From the NCBI RefSeq assembly GCF_026210795.1, contig NC_089432.1, positions 372,001 to 436,000 on the forward strand: 64,000 bases of DNA, written 5' to 3'. The notes under the pieces were generated by a model, which worked only from the letters and a program-made list of their open reading frames with translations, was not told the DNA's origin and searched no databases. Of the stretch, positions 38,942 through 52,684 are shown piece after piece (position 1 is the first letter of the stretch; every line of letters begins with the position of its first letter). Source of the DNA: Rhizophagus irregularis. Its lineage: Eukaryota. A program made the translations under genes and the position numbers.

Positions 38942-39165
38942 CTTGTTTTAATAACCACAATTTTTATAGAAAAATTTGATTTGTACTTTTTTTGTCCTTG
39001 ACGAAATTAAGGGAGCTAGGAGAACTCTGAATTCAAGATATATTTATAGTCGCATTTTAATTTTTCTCATAATTCCTGGAGATGAAGATTATAAGTAAAA
39101 TTTAAATTTAAATATGATGCAATATGAATTCTCACTTAAATTATTAATTTTTATTTGTTATATGC

Positions 39166-39177
39166 TAGAAATTTCTA
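39166..39177. promoter_or_regulatory. Possible partial heat-shock element upstream of HSP20
   Basis: TAGAAATTTCTA fits nGAAnnTTCn, about 230 bp upstream; TATA-like TATAAATA on the minus strand near 39040-39047. Confidence 0.3.
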
Positions 39178-39740
39178 CATGTTGCGTGGGGAATTCAAAA
39201 AAAAAATTTTCTCATTTAAATTACGAACTTTGCCTAAAAAAATATCCTTTGATTTTTTTCATATAAATTGTTGGTAGTTAATAATTTTCACTCGTCAAAT
39301 CTCTTATTGGACTTACAGTAAAGTGGAAATTATGTTCAATAATTTTCTGTATAAAACTCTTATGTATTATATTGTTAAATAAGACCCTCGTTGTATGTAT
39401 GGTCAAATATCAGCTATACTGTATAGAATTTTAATATGAAAAGTAGGTACCATACTAGTCATACATACCAATATCTTATATACAATGTAGGTCATACCAT
39501 ACTCATTATCTATATTGTCGAAAACAAACAGAAGACAAAGAAAATATCAATATGCTTTATTAATAAATATAAAATAATTAAGTTAATAAACACTAATAAT
39601 CCAATAATTTATTATCCAGTAAAGAGAAAAAATATTCTCAAATAACTAGCCATTGCTAAATGAATACATCTATATATAATGTACTTTGATATAAATAAGA
39701 TTGATATTTATATCATAATTTATATCATAAAGTTTAAATA

Positions 39741-42297
39741 TTATAAATTTAAAAAAATGTTGTTTAATTTATCTTGAGCATCGTCACTTCCTTGTGCAGC
39801 AGATTTACTATACCAATAAATTGATTCGTTCAAATCTTTTTCAATTCCAACTCCTTCCTCATAGCACACCCCTAAATTATACATTCCACATAAGTTTCCT
39901 AAATCTGCAGACTTTTGATACAATTTGAATGCTTTTTGTTCATTAGTACTAGTTCCAACCCCATTTTTATAACAACATGCTAGATTATTAATTCCACTCG
40001 AATTTCCTAAATTTGCTGCCTTTTGATAAAATTCAAATGCTTTTTGTTCACTAATATCAGTTCCAGTTCCATTTTCATAACACATTCCTAAATTAAACAT
40101 TCCACACGAATTCCCTAAGTTTGCTGCCTTATAATATAATTCAAATGCCTTTTGAATATTAATACCAGTTCCAATCCCATATTTGTAACATTTTGCTAAA
40201 TTATTTATTCCATATGAATTCCCAAAAGCGGCTGCCTTTTGATATATCTCAAATGCTTTTTGTTCATTAACATCAGTTCCTGCACCATTTTCATAACAAA
40301 ATCCTAAGTTATTCATTCCACTTGAATTTCCTAGATCTGCTGCTTTTTTATATGATTCGAATGCTTTTTGTTCATTAATATCAGTTCCAGTTCCTTTTTC
40401 ATAACAAGTTCCTAAGTTATTTAATCCATTTGAATTTCCTAAATTTGCTGCTTTTTGATAAGATTCAAATGTTTTTTGCTCATCAATATCAGTCCCAATT
40501 CCATATTTGTAACAAAATCCTAGTAGATTTATTCCACTTGAATATTTTTTTTCCGCTAATCCTAAAGATAATTCAAATGCTTTTTTATAATTTTTATCAA
40601 TGCCTTCTCCATCTATATACATATTAGCAAGATTATATTGTGCTGCATTATTTCCTAATTTCGCTGCTTTCTGAAATAGTTCAAATGCTTTTTGTTTATT
40701 AACTTCACCAATAATTCCTTGAAAATTAAAATATCCAAGTAAATAATAAAAATTTGAATCATCTTGATTATTAATAAGCCATTTATGAATTTCTTGTAAT
40801 TTCAACCCATTATTATCAATATAATTAAGAATAGTTTGCTTTCTCATTTTTTCTTCTTTTCCTTCATTAACTTTCTTAAAATAAAGATCAACCAATTCAT
40901 CAACTACAAAACTTAAGTCCTCTTCAAAAATATATTTATTGATATCTTGGGTTTTTGGTTCTATTTCTTTTATATCAATTTTATCAAAATTTTGAATGAC
41001 TTGCAATAAATTATTATCATTAATATGAATATTTTCCACATTATTAAATTGTTGAGTACTTAATGATTGATCACAGTTAACTGATTTTGTAATAATTTCT
41101 TTTAATTTAGTAACTACTTGAATCATATCTGGTCTATCATCTGGTTCAAAGCTCCAACATTCTAGTTAGATAAGATATTAAATTAACAGTTACTATTATA
41201 AATCAAAACATCAGATCAAAAAAAGATATATTTACCAATGTAAAGATTAGAATAATCTATAGGAGTGTCTGGAACAATTATTTCTCTGTATCCTTGTAAA
41301 ATTTGGGTAGCTAAATTAGCGTCATATATTTCTTCTTTAAATGGTTTCTGACCACTTGATATCTCCCATAAAATAACTCCAATACTGTAAACATCACTCT
41401 TCTTATTCAATGAATATGGCTTACTACTGACAAATTTTTTTGGATCGACATAAGGAATCATACTAACTAAGTCAGATTGTTGTTTGGATGCCTCAAAAAT
41501 TCTCTTTGATAACCCAAAGTCAACTAATTTGATAGTATTTTCATAAACTAATATATTCATAGAATTCTATTACAAATTATAGAATAAAACATAAGTATAT
41601 ATTATAATTACAAAATTACAAATAATAAAATAATAAATAAATTACCAGATCACAATGAAAAATTTCTTCGTCATGTAATAATGATATGACACATGTTAAT
41701 TGATACGCTAACTTATATTTATCTTCCCAAGTTAGCTTCTTAAAGTTTTCTTTCAAATGTTTTTGAAGAGAGTTATTACCAACATATTCTACTACTAATA
41801 AATATTTCATTACTTGATTGTTTTGATTTTCTAATTATAAAAGAATTAAAACAATTTAATAATATATACAATACAAATATTACAAATGTCTTTTTTAATT
41901 ATTATATTTATTATTACCTTTATATGCAAATCCAAAAAATTGAATAATATTATCATGAAAATTTACTTTACGGTGAAGTTCAAACTAAATAAAATTAAAT
42001 AATTAGTATTACTATAAATTTCGAAACTATATATATTTATAGTATATTTCAATTTACAAATACCTCATTAACGATTTCTTTTATAGTGAATTTATCAAGA
42101 TTAAATGATTTTAAAGCAAAATATTGTTCCGAATTTTTCAAATTTGCACAATAAATTTCCCCAAAAGTACTATTTCTAATTTTTTCAATATTGTGAAAAT
42201 TTTTGTATTCATAATATTTTATATACTTTTTAGTAATTGCTTCTTCTATATAGTTAATGCATTCGTTTAAGTCGTTGGAAGCAATTTTATCGGACAT
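39741..42297 (-). CDS. Tyrosine-kinase-like kinase with 9 Sel1-like repeats; exons 42297-42064, 41984-41918, 41830-41646, 41566-41236, 41161-39741
   Basis: ALK, HCDLNSMN, DFG, SDVYSIG and ECW..P..RP motifs; 36-aa Sel1 repeats; splice phases are consistent. Confidence 0.92.
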
Positions 42298-43949
42298 TGT
42301 GAAAAAAAATGAGGTTTGAACGAAATTTATTTGAGTAACATTAATTATAGTTTGCGGCTAAAATAAGTATGCAAAGTGTAAATCATTTAGTCACAGACGC
42401 AGGGATTTGCCGATCATTATGTTATCACGACGTCACAGGATTGGGAGTATTTTACGTTATTTTATTTGAGTTTAAGACTAGAGAAAATTCTCGAAATTAC
42501 TTTCTTTTCCAGTTTAACTTTAAGGTGTTTTGGTATGATTTCCAATGGTTCTTTTAATAAGATTTTTACATGTATCACTAATGAAAAGCCAACTAAACAT
42601 TCAGTCATTAGAGTTCTTAAGTTCTTTGTTGCACACCTAAAAATCCAGAAGTGTATTTTGAACATAATCCATTATCACGTATAAATGATTAAGAGTATCT
42701 TCTGAGTCATCATCCATTTTACGAAGTTATGACATTAAGTGTGGAATTAGTGTTAGTGTTACCTTACTAAGCAATATGCTTGATTAGAAGTTATTGAATT
42801 GATTCCATTAATTTCAACATAGTATGATTCAATTTACCCAATCAAAAATCCATATATAAATCCAATTGAACTATTTGAATAACTTTTTATAATTTTTATT
42901 AAGTCTCCCAAAGTGCCTTAAAGATTAATTTAGGAATTCTACGTCTAAAATATGCTTTAACAGTTTAACTGCATCGAAAGGGACAATAGTGCGACTAGCA
43001 GCGAGAAAATTTTTGAATAAATAAAAATAGTATTCTAAAAGAATTGCCACAATTATTCTTTTTATCACTTTGGGTAATTTCCCTCAAGAGAGAATTTTCA
43101 CAGTATAAAGTATCATTAACAAGAACACCTATGATTTTACCTTCATACTTAACATAATAATAATGGAATTTTTCTAAATTATAATTAATGTTAATTAACT
43201 CTTTGTGCAATAGTTACATAATCAAATATTATCAGATATCAAGTATAAATGTTGGAGATTATTTTACTTCTCACATGCGTGTTACTAAATGAGATTAATT
43301 AAAATTTATATTTATTATCACTTTCTGTAAATATGTTCTCAATAAAAATTCCTTGCCAAACTATACGTCATTAGCAGAAATCTTTTTTGTATTTTACGAT
43401 ATGTTAAATTTAATCAAAATATCATTCAAAACTATTGGAAAAATTTGTAAAATGTGCGACCATTTTTTAGAAATTAACATAAATAAAAAATTTTTATAAT
43501 AGATAATATAAATAAAAAATTCGTTGACACAATATATATATAATATTAAATAATAATATAAATAAAAATTTTTATAATAGACAATATAAATAAAAATATG
43601 TTGACTATAAAATCCTACAATTTTTTTTATGAATAAGTTGCTGAAGTGACAACACTTTTAAAAACTTCGGTTTGTCAATCGTTACAAGTTTGGGTTTGGT
43701 TAAGTCTATTTTTAACTGATAAGATTTTTTTTTCAACATATTTATTATTTTACCTGCGTCTTATAAATTAAATTTTAAGGAGAGGAGTTCATAAATAACT
43801 GAAAACTAATTTTTAATGCGTTTTCCTATTTTTAAAAATAGAAAAATAAATAAATAATATAAGCAACAAATTTTAATAATATTTTAAATCAAATAAAATA
43901 TTTATTATTATTTTCACAAGAATTAATATTTAATTCTTCAATATTTCTC

Positions 43950-46249
43950 TTAATTCCAAGTTGAGTTTAGTCCACTACTAATATAAAATTGTATTTGTTG
44001 AAGACTTTCGTTGTTGGATTAAATTATAAATGACAAATATTTTTAATTTTATAATACCTTTCAATATCTATGTCTAATTTTAATTCTTCTGAAATGTAAT
44101 CTATAAAAAAAAAAAAAATTAATTTATCTATCCAAAGATTATTTTTATTAAATAGCATAATACATACCATTTGATGTAAAATTTATTGATGAACATTTAG
44201 AAAATATAGATGAACATTTGGAAATGTAAGAGTTTAATGATCTACTTGTATAAATAGCTTTTGGATGAAGCTTTTCACTGAACTCAGGACCAAACTTCTT
44301 TGAATCTATTAACTCTTTCCTTATTAATTCAGCTTGATCAAATTGATTTTTGAATGATTGATCGGATTTACTTTTGGATTGAAGCCATTTATCACTAATA
44401 TCATCAATTTCATTTATAGAAGGTCGTTTTTTGGGATCAGGATCCCAACAACTTTTCATTAAATCAGCATAGCATTCTGATGTATCTTTTGTAATTTCAG
44501 GTCGTACACCATCAATAATTTTATAAATAAGACTATGATCATGTTCAAAATTAGCAAAAGGCTTACAACCTGTTGTAAGTTCCCACATAATCATACCCAG
44601 GCTATAAATATCAGATTCTTTGGAAAATGCAGACCCCTTAAATATTTCTGGTGCAATATAAGGTATCACTCCATATATTTCATTATCCGATGAGTTATCA
44701 TTTGCAGGTCGTGATAATCCTAGATCTCCGACTTTACAATCTTTAGACGAATTTACCAACACATTTCCACTGTGGAAATCTCGATGTATGAAATTTTCTT
44801 CATGAATATTATAAAGTCTAAAATAATAATAATTAATAAATTTGTATTATAAATTAATCATTTACCAATATATTTAAAATATAAATACCCATTTATAATA
44901 ATTTCTAGGAAATTTAATTTATCTTTCCATTTAATTTCTCTAAAGTTCTTTTGCAAATACTTATGTAAATCTCCTTCCGGAGCATAATCCATAACTAATA
45001 TATAAATATCTAATTGAGGATCTTTTGTAAAACCATAAGTTTTAATCAAATCAATATCATAACAATGATAATTCGACTTTAACTATAAATTTCAAGATTA
45101 AATTTAAATTTCCATACAACAAATACGAATTTTTTAATCCAAAGTATTTACCTCATTTAAAAAATATTTGCTAATGTCCTGAGAATTTTTAAATATTTTT
45201 AAAATAGCAATTTCACCACTATATTTTGGACCATCTAACCAAGTTGCTTGATACACAATACTAAATCCTCCTTCCGCTAATTCTTTTACATTTGTAAATT
45301 GAGAATATGGTATATAATTCATAAATTTATCTGTTACAATATCATGCTTTAAAGAATCACATATAGTTAACGAGCCAAACAATTTATCAATATTTTTTGC
45401 TTTATCAGCAAATTTGGTTATTGCTGATTGATATGATCTTGTACTAAGAAGAAAATCATCTAAAACGCTATTCCCACTAAAAATCTTTCTAATATCAATA
45501 GTAATAGTTGATATTCTCTTGCACTTTTTACATTGCGATTGATTTGTATATCCAAAAATCATATTTGTTGTTAAACAGTATCTACATCCAATAAAAAATA
45601 TAATACAATACATACAATACTTTTGACAGTTTGATGTAAATACTAATTCCTCATTACAATAATAACACTGAGACACATCATCCCACCATGGTAAATAAAT
45701 AATTGAAATAAACTTTTTAGTAAAGGGTGATTCGATACATCTGGAAGATATTAGATAACAACTTGAACACAATATCATCACCTTTGTGTCTGTTTCATTA
45801 TATAATAATTTTCCACATAGCTTACAATATTTTTCGCTTTCAATTAAATTTTTGTATAAAATGTATGAATCACTATCCACATCCCGGTCAAAATGATAAT
45901 CAGATATTTGTTTAAAGCATAATATTGTCAAACAATTTTTACAGCATTCTTGGATATTTTGTGGTACTTTTGTGCTACTTATTTCATGTTTATTACATTC
46001 CAGTTCCTTTGTGAATAAATGTACGTCCAAGTATATATTATTAGTATCGGTTATATTGGTTAAATAACTCGATAAACATTTTTTGCAATATCTTTGATCG
46101 TAAATAGTCATTTCCGTATACTCTTCTCCACAATGAAAACAATTTTTATCTTTCCAATTAAATGAAACAAAAAAAATCGGTACGGGACTAGATTTTAATT
46201 TTGGTGTTGGATCAAAAGAATTTTCATCATTTAATTTTACAAGTTCCAT
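43950..46249 (-). CDS. Protein kinase with a long Cys-rich (CxxC) N-terminal region; main exons 46249-45152, 45082-44889, 44817-44168 plus two short 3' exons
   Basis: AEGGFSIVY, ILK, IHRDFHSGNV, DLG, PYIAPE and SDIYSLG; the last exon is approximate. Confidence 0.9.
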
Positions 46250-47884
46250 TTTATGATATTATAGTATAAGCAAGTATAGAAAACTCGACATATTTATAGT
46301 TTTTCAAATTCTTATAATGAATCCCTAAAAAAATATGGAATTTTCTGTTTGTGAATTCGCTATGGTATGTACTACGGAAAATTCGGTTTTATGGAAGTAC
46401 TTCACTACTTCATCGAAGGGCAGATGCATATTTGTAATGAAGTTGATCTGCAAGACTAACCTTATTTGTTTCACATATCAGCGGATTTGATTATTTGCGT
46501 TGCATGAACAATCACTTACTTCAAGAAATTCTATTCTTTATTAAAACATGCTTTCCTGTTCTATTCTCAAGCTTAATTCATTTGTAAGGATTTAGGCACT
46601 AATTCTCCTTGTATTTTTTTGAGAGAAAAGAATGAAATCTGTATACTTTTATTATTCAGTTAATATCACATTCATTGTTTTCTAGAAGTAACATTGCTGT
46701 CACCTGACTATGCTTTTTAATTTTCCCAGAATGGCTAGTTAATGTAACTAAGTGTAACTCTGTGACTATAATAGACTTTTTATTCAGGATTATTCACATC
46801 CATGCGTCAATTAAAATGCATTATATTGTAAAATTTAAAGAAATCCACTGCAAAAATAAAAATTATTTTTATACAAAATGTCAGAATTTTTTTGAGATCA
46901 GAGTATCGTAGCAGTCCCATTTCGGATATTTAGTAGAACAATAGGGGAACTCCACGAGAACTATAATATTTATATGAATATTAAATTTTAAAAACTCTTA
47001 CAAGGAAACGATTATAACAATTTTAACATACGCCAATTAATAATTAGTTATTTGAACGTTTAAAATTATGGTCATATCAATCAATGAAGAATATCTAAGT
47101 AAAATATAATTGCACAATTATATTGACTTAACAAGGCACGGTTAGAAGATATTATTATATTGGGTACGGCCTTATTAAAGAATTATTTTGTAATATCTTA
47201 ACATTAATAATATGCTAATTACGAAGCTCTTAAAAATAATTACATCAAGGAAAGTTTTAGAGTACTTTAAAAACACTGAGTTAAACTGACAAAATATCAT
47301 CAAAATACAAAATATAGAAAAAGAATAAACTACTAAAAATACGGAATAATAATAAGAATAAACTACTATGTACCAAAATATAAGAAAAACTATCTACGGT
47401 AGTTTCTAAATACCAATCTTTGAAAATTAAATTACCCGCCCGCCCAATACACTCCTATTTTGGCGAGTATATATACAAAATAGAGGTTTTTATTGATGGT
47501 TTACTATTAATTATTTTTGTCATACTTAGTTAATTAATATTTAATGCATGTACATGCATAAATCCAAAACATACAATACATACTGTAACTATACTTATTG
47601 ATCTGCAATCAATCAATTAATTAATTAGTTTAGTACTACTGTACACCCTGTACACAAATAAGTTGTATAAATTATTTACATTTGCATAATATATACAAAA
47701 TTTTTTTTTTCACTTCTTATTATATTAATCATTTGAATTTTTTTTTATTTTCTGAACTTGGGAAACATTTACATTTTATCGCTTCTTTAACTTTTTTCGC
47801 AAAGGCAAATATATCATCTATATTGGACCCGGGACCTTCATAGCCATTTTTATCCATTCATTCAGTCCTATTAAATTATCTGAA

Positions 47885-50075
47885 ATGCAAGCTGCTGACA
47901 ATTTAAATGAATCAATTGAAAAAGCTATCTCTATAAAATATTATGAATACAAGAATTTTTACAATGTTGAAAAAATTGGTAATAGTGATTCCGGAGAAAT
48001 TTATCGTACAAACTTGAAGAATTCAGAACAATATTTTACGTTAAAATCATTTGATTTTAACGATATAACCATGAAAGAAATTATTCATGAGGTATAAATA
48101 TAATGATAATTCTGTAACTTGTTTAATATTAAAGATTACTTATAGTATAATTTATTGCTATATTAAAATTTTAGCTTGAACTTCATCACAAAATCGTTCA
48201 TAGGAATATTAGACAACTTTTTGGGATCACGGAAAAAGGTATAAAATACTAAAGAAGATATACACATTAGCATTAAAATATCAACAATTAATTATTATAT
48301 TTTTTCATAATTAGTAAATGAAGATAGCCAAATAAAGAAGTATTTATTAGTAATGGAATATGCTGGCGACAATACTCTCCAGAACTATTTGAAAGAAGGA
48401 TATAAAAACCTAACTTGGGAAAATAAATATAAATTAGCATACCAATTAGTTTGTACTATATCATGGTTACATGACAAAGGAATTGTACATGGTGGTCTGG
48501 TAATTCGTCTATTTTATTAACTTTATTTATACTAGTAAATTTATGATTTGCTTATATTTTATTTTTTTCTTTTATAATAGAATTCTAGTAATATATTAGT
48601 TTATAAAAATATCATAAAGTTAACCGACTTTGGATTATCAAAGAGAATTAAAGAGGCATCCAATCAAAAATCCGACATTATACCTTATATTGACCCAAAA
48701 AAGTTTGCTATTAGTAATAAAACGTATTTACTAAATAAGAAGAGTGATGTTTACAGTATTGGAGTTCTTTTGTGGGAGATATCAAGTGGTCAGCCACCAT
48801 TTAAAGATGAAATATATGATGCTAATTTAGCTACTCAAATTTTACAAGGATATAGAGAAAAAATTGTTCCAAATACTCTTATCAATTATTCTAATCTTTA
48901 TATTGGTAAATTTAATTTCTTTTTACAATTTTATATTTTGATTTATAATAATTGTTAATATCTTGTTTAACTTAGAATGTTGGAACTGTGAACCAGATGA
49001 TAGACCAGATATGATTCAAGTATTTGCTAAATTAAAAGAAATTATTACAAAATCAGTTAACTTTAAGCAATTGTTAAGTATACAACAATTTAATAATATA
49101 AAAAATATTAATATTGTTCATAATAACATAATGCAAATCATTCAAAATTTTGATAAAATTAGTATAAAAGAAATAGAACCTAAAACTCAAAATATCAATA
49201 AATATATTTTTGAAGAGGACTTAAGTTTTGTTGTTGATGAATTGGTTGATCTTTATTTTGAGGAGGTTAATAAAGGAAAAGAAGAAAAAATGAGAAAGCA
49301 AGCTATTCTTAATTATATTGATAATAATGGGTTGAAATTACAAGAAATTCATAAATGGCTTATTAATAATCAAGATGATTCAAATTTTTATTATTTACTT
49401 GGATATTTTAATTTTCAAGGAATTGTTGATGAAACCAATAAACAAAAAGCACTTGAATTATTTCAGAAAGCAGCGAAACTAGGAAATAATGCAGCACAAT
49501 ATAATCTTGCTAATATGTATATAGATGGAGAAGGTGTTGATAAAGATTATAAAAAGGCATTTGAATTGTCTTTAGGTTTAGCAGAAAAAGAATATTTAAG
49601 TGGAATAAATCTACTAGGATATTGTTACAAATATGGAATTGGGACTGATATTAATGAACAAAAAACATTTGAATCTTATCAAAAAGCAGCAAATTTAGGA
49701 AATTCAAATGGATTAAATAACTTAGGAACTTGTTATGAAAAAGGAACTGGAACTGATATTAATGAACAAAAAGCATTTGAATTATACCAAAAGGCAGCAG
49801 ATCTAGGAAATGCAAATGGAATGAATAGTTTAGGAATCTGTTATGAAAATGGAGTTGGAACTGCTGACATTGATATTCAAAAAGCATTTGAATTATACCA
49901 AAAGGCAGCAGATCTAGGAAATGATCATGCTCAATTTAATCTCGCTTTGATGTATGAATTTGGGAATGGAATTGAGAAAGACATAACCAAAGCAACTTAC
50001 TGGTATATTAAATCTGCTGAACAAGGACATAATGATGCTCAAGATAAATTAGAAAAGATTTTAAATAATTTATAA
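47885..50075 (+). CDS. Pseudokinase with 6 Sel1-like repeats; exons 47885-48091, 48175-48238, 48315-48499, 48581-48905, 48976-50075
   Basis: Same five-exon layout as 39741-42297 and open through all exons; the catalytic loop reads HGGLNSSN. Confidence 0.9.
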
Positions 50076-51021
50076 TATTAATTATTTATTTAAAATTTGG
50101 GATATATTTAATATAAAGATATAATGATTTGCCAGAAATTTTTGCCTTACCGTGTTACCCAAATAAAAATATTTTACTTCATTTAGTTAAAGATATTTCG
50201 AGTTTTGATGACCAAAAGCTCTATGAAACATGATTACTAGTACCAGCAGATTGAATGTGATAAATGTTTTGTCATAAATTTATGACATATTGTCTTATTA
50301 TTATTGATCAATCAAATTAAGTTTTCTGTAAAGAATTACCACAACCCTATCATATCATTTTCCTTCATTCCAGTTCTGATTATTTAAAATTATCTTTATA
50401 AACTGAAATATGAAGTTCTTCATAATAAATTATAGTTGAACAGTTAATTTTGGAATAAAAATCTTTTTATTTAAACGTTCAAATAAGTTTGATAATAAGA
50501 ATGAATAGTTTAAAAGAAAGGTTTTGTAAAAATGCGTACGGTTTTTTTATACTTACTAACAAGCTTAAATTTATTTTAACTTCAATACTTCAGTTATCAG
50601 ACGACTAAATTAAACTCTATAGGTACAGTATTGTCTTCCATAGTATGAAATCGTTGTATTATTACTATAAAATGTAAAATATCTTCTATTTATGATCTTT
50701 AACAAGTAATGATTCAACTGACTGTAATTATTTGAACTGGACAAAAGGGTATTGTTTGCGTAATTTGGAAAACAGGTACAAAATATAACGGTATCAAAAA
50801 TCATACGATATCGTGTCATCATGAGAATCATGTACTGCAACTACTGCTATTTGTTTAACAGGACCCGAAATATGTATACCCATTGATCCGTAATTAATTA
50901 GTACTTCATGAATCAATGAATCACAAAAAATTTTCAATACTTATATCAATCATCTGATAAAATTAATAACAAGTAAGTGCTAATAATTTAAATGAATTAA
51001 TTAAAGAAGCTATTTCTAGAA

Positions 51022-51247
51022 TTAGGCAAGGCAAAAAATATTTTTAGATTCTCGTGACATAAAATTTTAAAAATGACCCGGCCGGCCGGCATTTTTTTTT
51101 ATATTTGTAAAATTTTTTTACGCCACATTGGCCAATAACTTATAATCACATGATAAAATTTTTTACTATAAAAAAAAAATTCCCATTTTTCGAAAAACTG
51201 ACCTGGCCGGGTCACGAGAATCTAATTTTTTTTTTTGCTCGGCCTTA
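51022..51247. mobile_element. MITE with imperfect TIRs
   Basis: TTAGGCAAGGCAAAAA..TTAGATTCTCGTGAC and GTCACGAGAATCTAA..TTTTGCTCGGCCTTA; interrupts exon 1 of the pseudogene. Confidence 0.8.
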
Positions 51248-51386
51248 TACGAATATCAAGATTTTCACAACATCGAAAAAATTGGTAGTAGTGATTCTGG
51301 AAAATTTTAACGTACAAACTTGAAATATATTTTACATATAAAATCATTTGACTTTAGCGATATAACCATAAATGAAAGTATTCATG

Positions 51387-51651
51387 CCCTGTAAAAAAAA
51401 AATGTCCGGAAATTGTAGCTAAAAACATCCGGAAAATGTCCGTGTGTCCGGAAAACGTCCAGAAAATTGCAATATTCCGGACACTTTCTGGACGCTGGGT
51501 CTGAACCCTCCTAGACATTTTCTGGACATTTTCCGGAAAATGGAAATTTTCCAACGTCCGGAATATTGCAATATTCCGGACATATTCCAGACAAATAAAC
51601 ATTTTCCGGACGTTTTCAGCTACAATTTCCGGACATTCTTTTTTTATAGGG
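51387..51651. mobile_element. MITE of 265 bp with TIRs of about 50 bp and a 3-bp TSD (ATG)
   Basis: ATG-CCCTGTAAAAAAAAAATGTCCGGAAATTGTAGCT ... AGCTACAATTTCCGGACATTCTTTTTTTATAGGG-ATG; the empty site in the paralogs is ATTCATGAG; many internal TCCGGA motifs. Confidence 0.92.
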
Positions 51652-51745
51652 ATGAGATATAAAATATAATAATGATTCTATAATCTATATGGCTCATTTA
51701 TTATTATTAAAATTATTTATAGTATAATGTATAAATGTTCTTATA

Positions 51746-51938
51746 TTTATCGCCGTTTTCAAAATGGTGTACGCAGTTAAATTTGAATAAAAAAAAAAAG
51801 AAACCCGAAAACCGGACGAAACCGGACAAAATATGGACAAAATATGGACAAAAGCTGGATAAAAACCGGGCGAATATTTGTATTTGAATATGCAAATCAC
51901 AAATAAACTGCGTACATCATTTTGAAAACGGCGATAAA
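51746..51938. mobile_element. MITE with TIRs of about 33 bp, TA-flanked
   Basis: TTTATCGCCGTTTTCAAAATGGTGTACGCAGTT and AACTGCGTACATCATTTTGAAAACGGCGATAAA (one mismatch). Confidence 0.88.
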
Positions 51939-52684
51939 ATTTAATTTGAACTTTACTATAAAATAATACATAGACATATTATTTTGCTTAAATTGTATTA
52001 ATAATGTTAGTTATTTTAAAAATCAAAAAATGAAACTGATCAATTGAAGGAACATTTGATTAGTAATGGAGTAGTAATGGAGCATGCTGATGATAACACT
52101 TTTCAAAATTATTTTGAAAGAAATTTATAAAAATAAGACTTGGGAAAATAAATATAAATTAACATATCAGTAACTATTCGATCAATTTGAGCAAGAATTT
52201 TTTAATAATTTATGATATAATAATTTTGGGATTGAAAATTAAATTATAAATTATGCTTATTAATTAAATTATTTTATTGTCATATTCTCTCCTATTGAAC
52301 AAGAAATAAATTACTGTGAAAAATTTTATAAGCTTATCACGGTCTTATCATATTATTTCCCTTCGTTTTGAAACATTTAATAACCCTAATAAGTTTTTAT
52401 AAAACACGTTTTATATGTCACAAATATGAATGAATCGTTCATCATCATATTTAATAAACTTGGAAAATTTACTATTCTTATCAGGTGGTTAAATTAAACA
52501 ATTGCGTAATAGTTAATACATATTGTACGACAAAAACATGCATATTGGTTTAACCAATAACCATACCAATTGATCTAATTGATCTGCAATTAATTAGTAC
52601 TACTGTACGCAAATAAATAAATCATTTACGTTATTTTTATGCCTAAACAAAAATTTTTTTTTACTTCTTGCAAATTCAAATAAA

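Larger units (their letters stand above)
50965..52170 (+). pseudogene. Degraded 5' part of a fourth kinase-Sel1 paralog, interrupted by three MITEs
   Basis: NLNELIKEAIS, YEYQDFHNIEKIGSSDSGK and KSFDFSDIT relics, and an exon-3-like LVME..HADDNTFQNY..TWENKYKL. Confidence 0.85.

Noticed and set aside
42460..43210. Possible degraded gene
   Set aside because: Coding-like composition, but no motif or consistent frame could be identified.
51354..51900. Four short ORFs
   Set aside because: They derive from MITE sequence.
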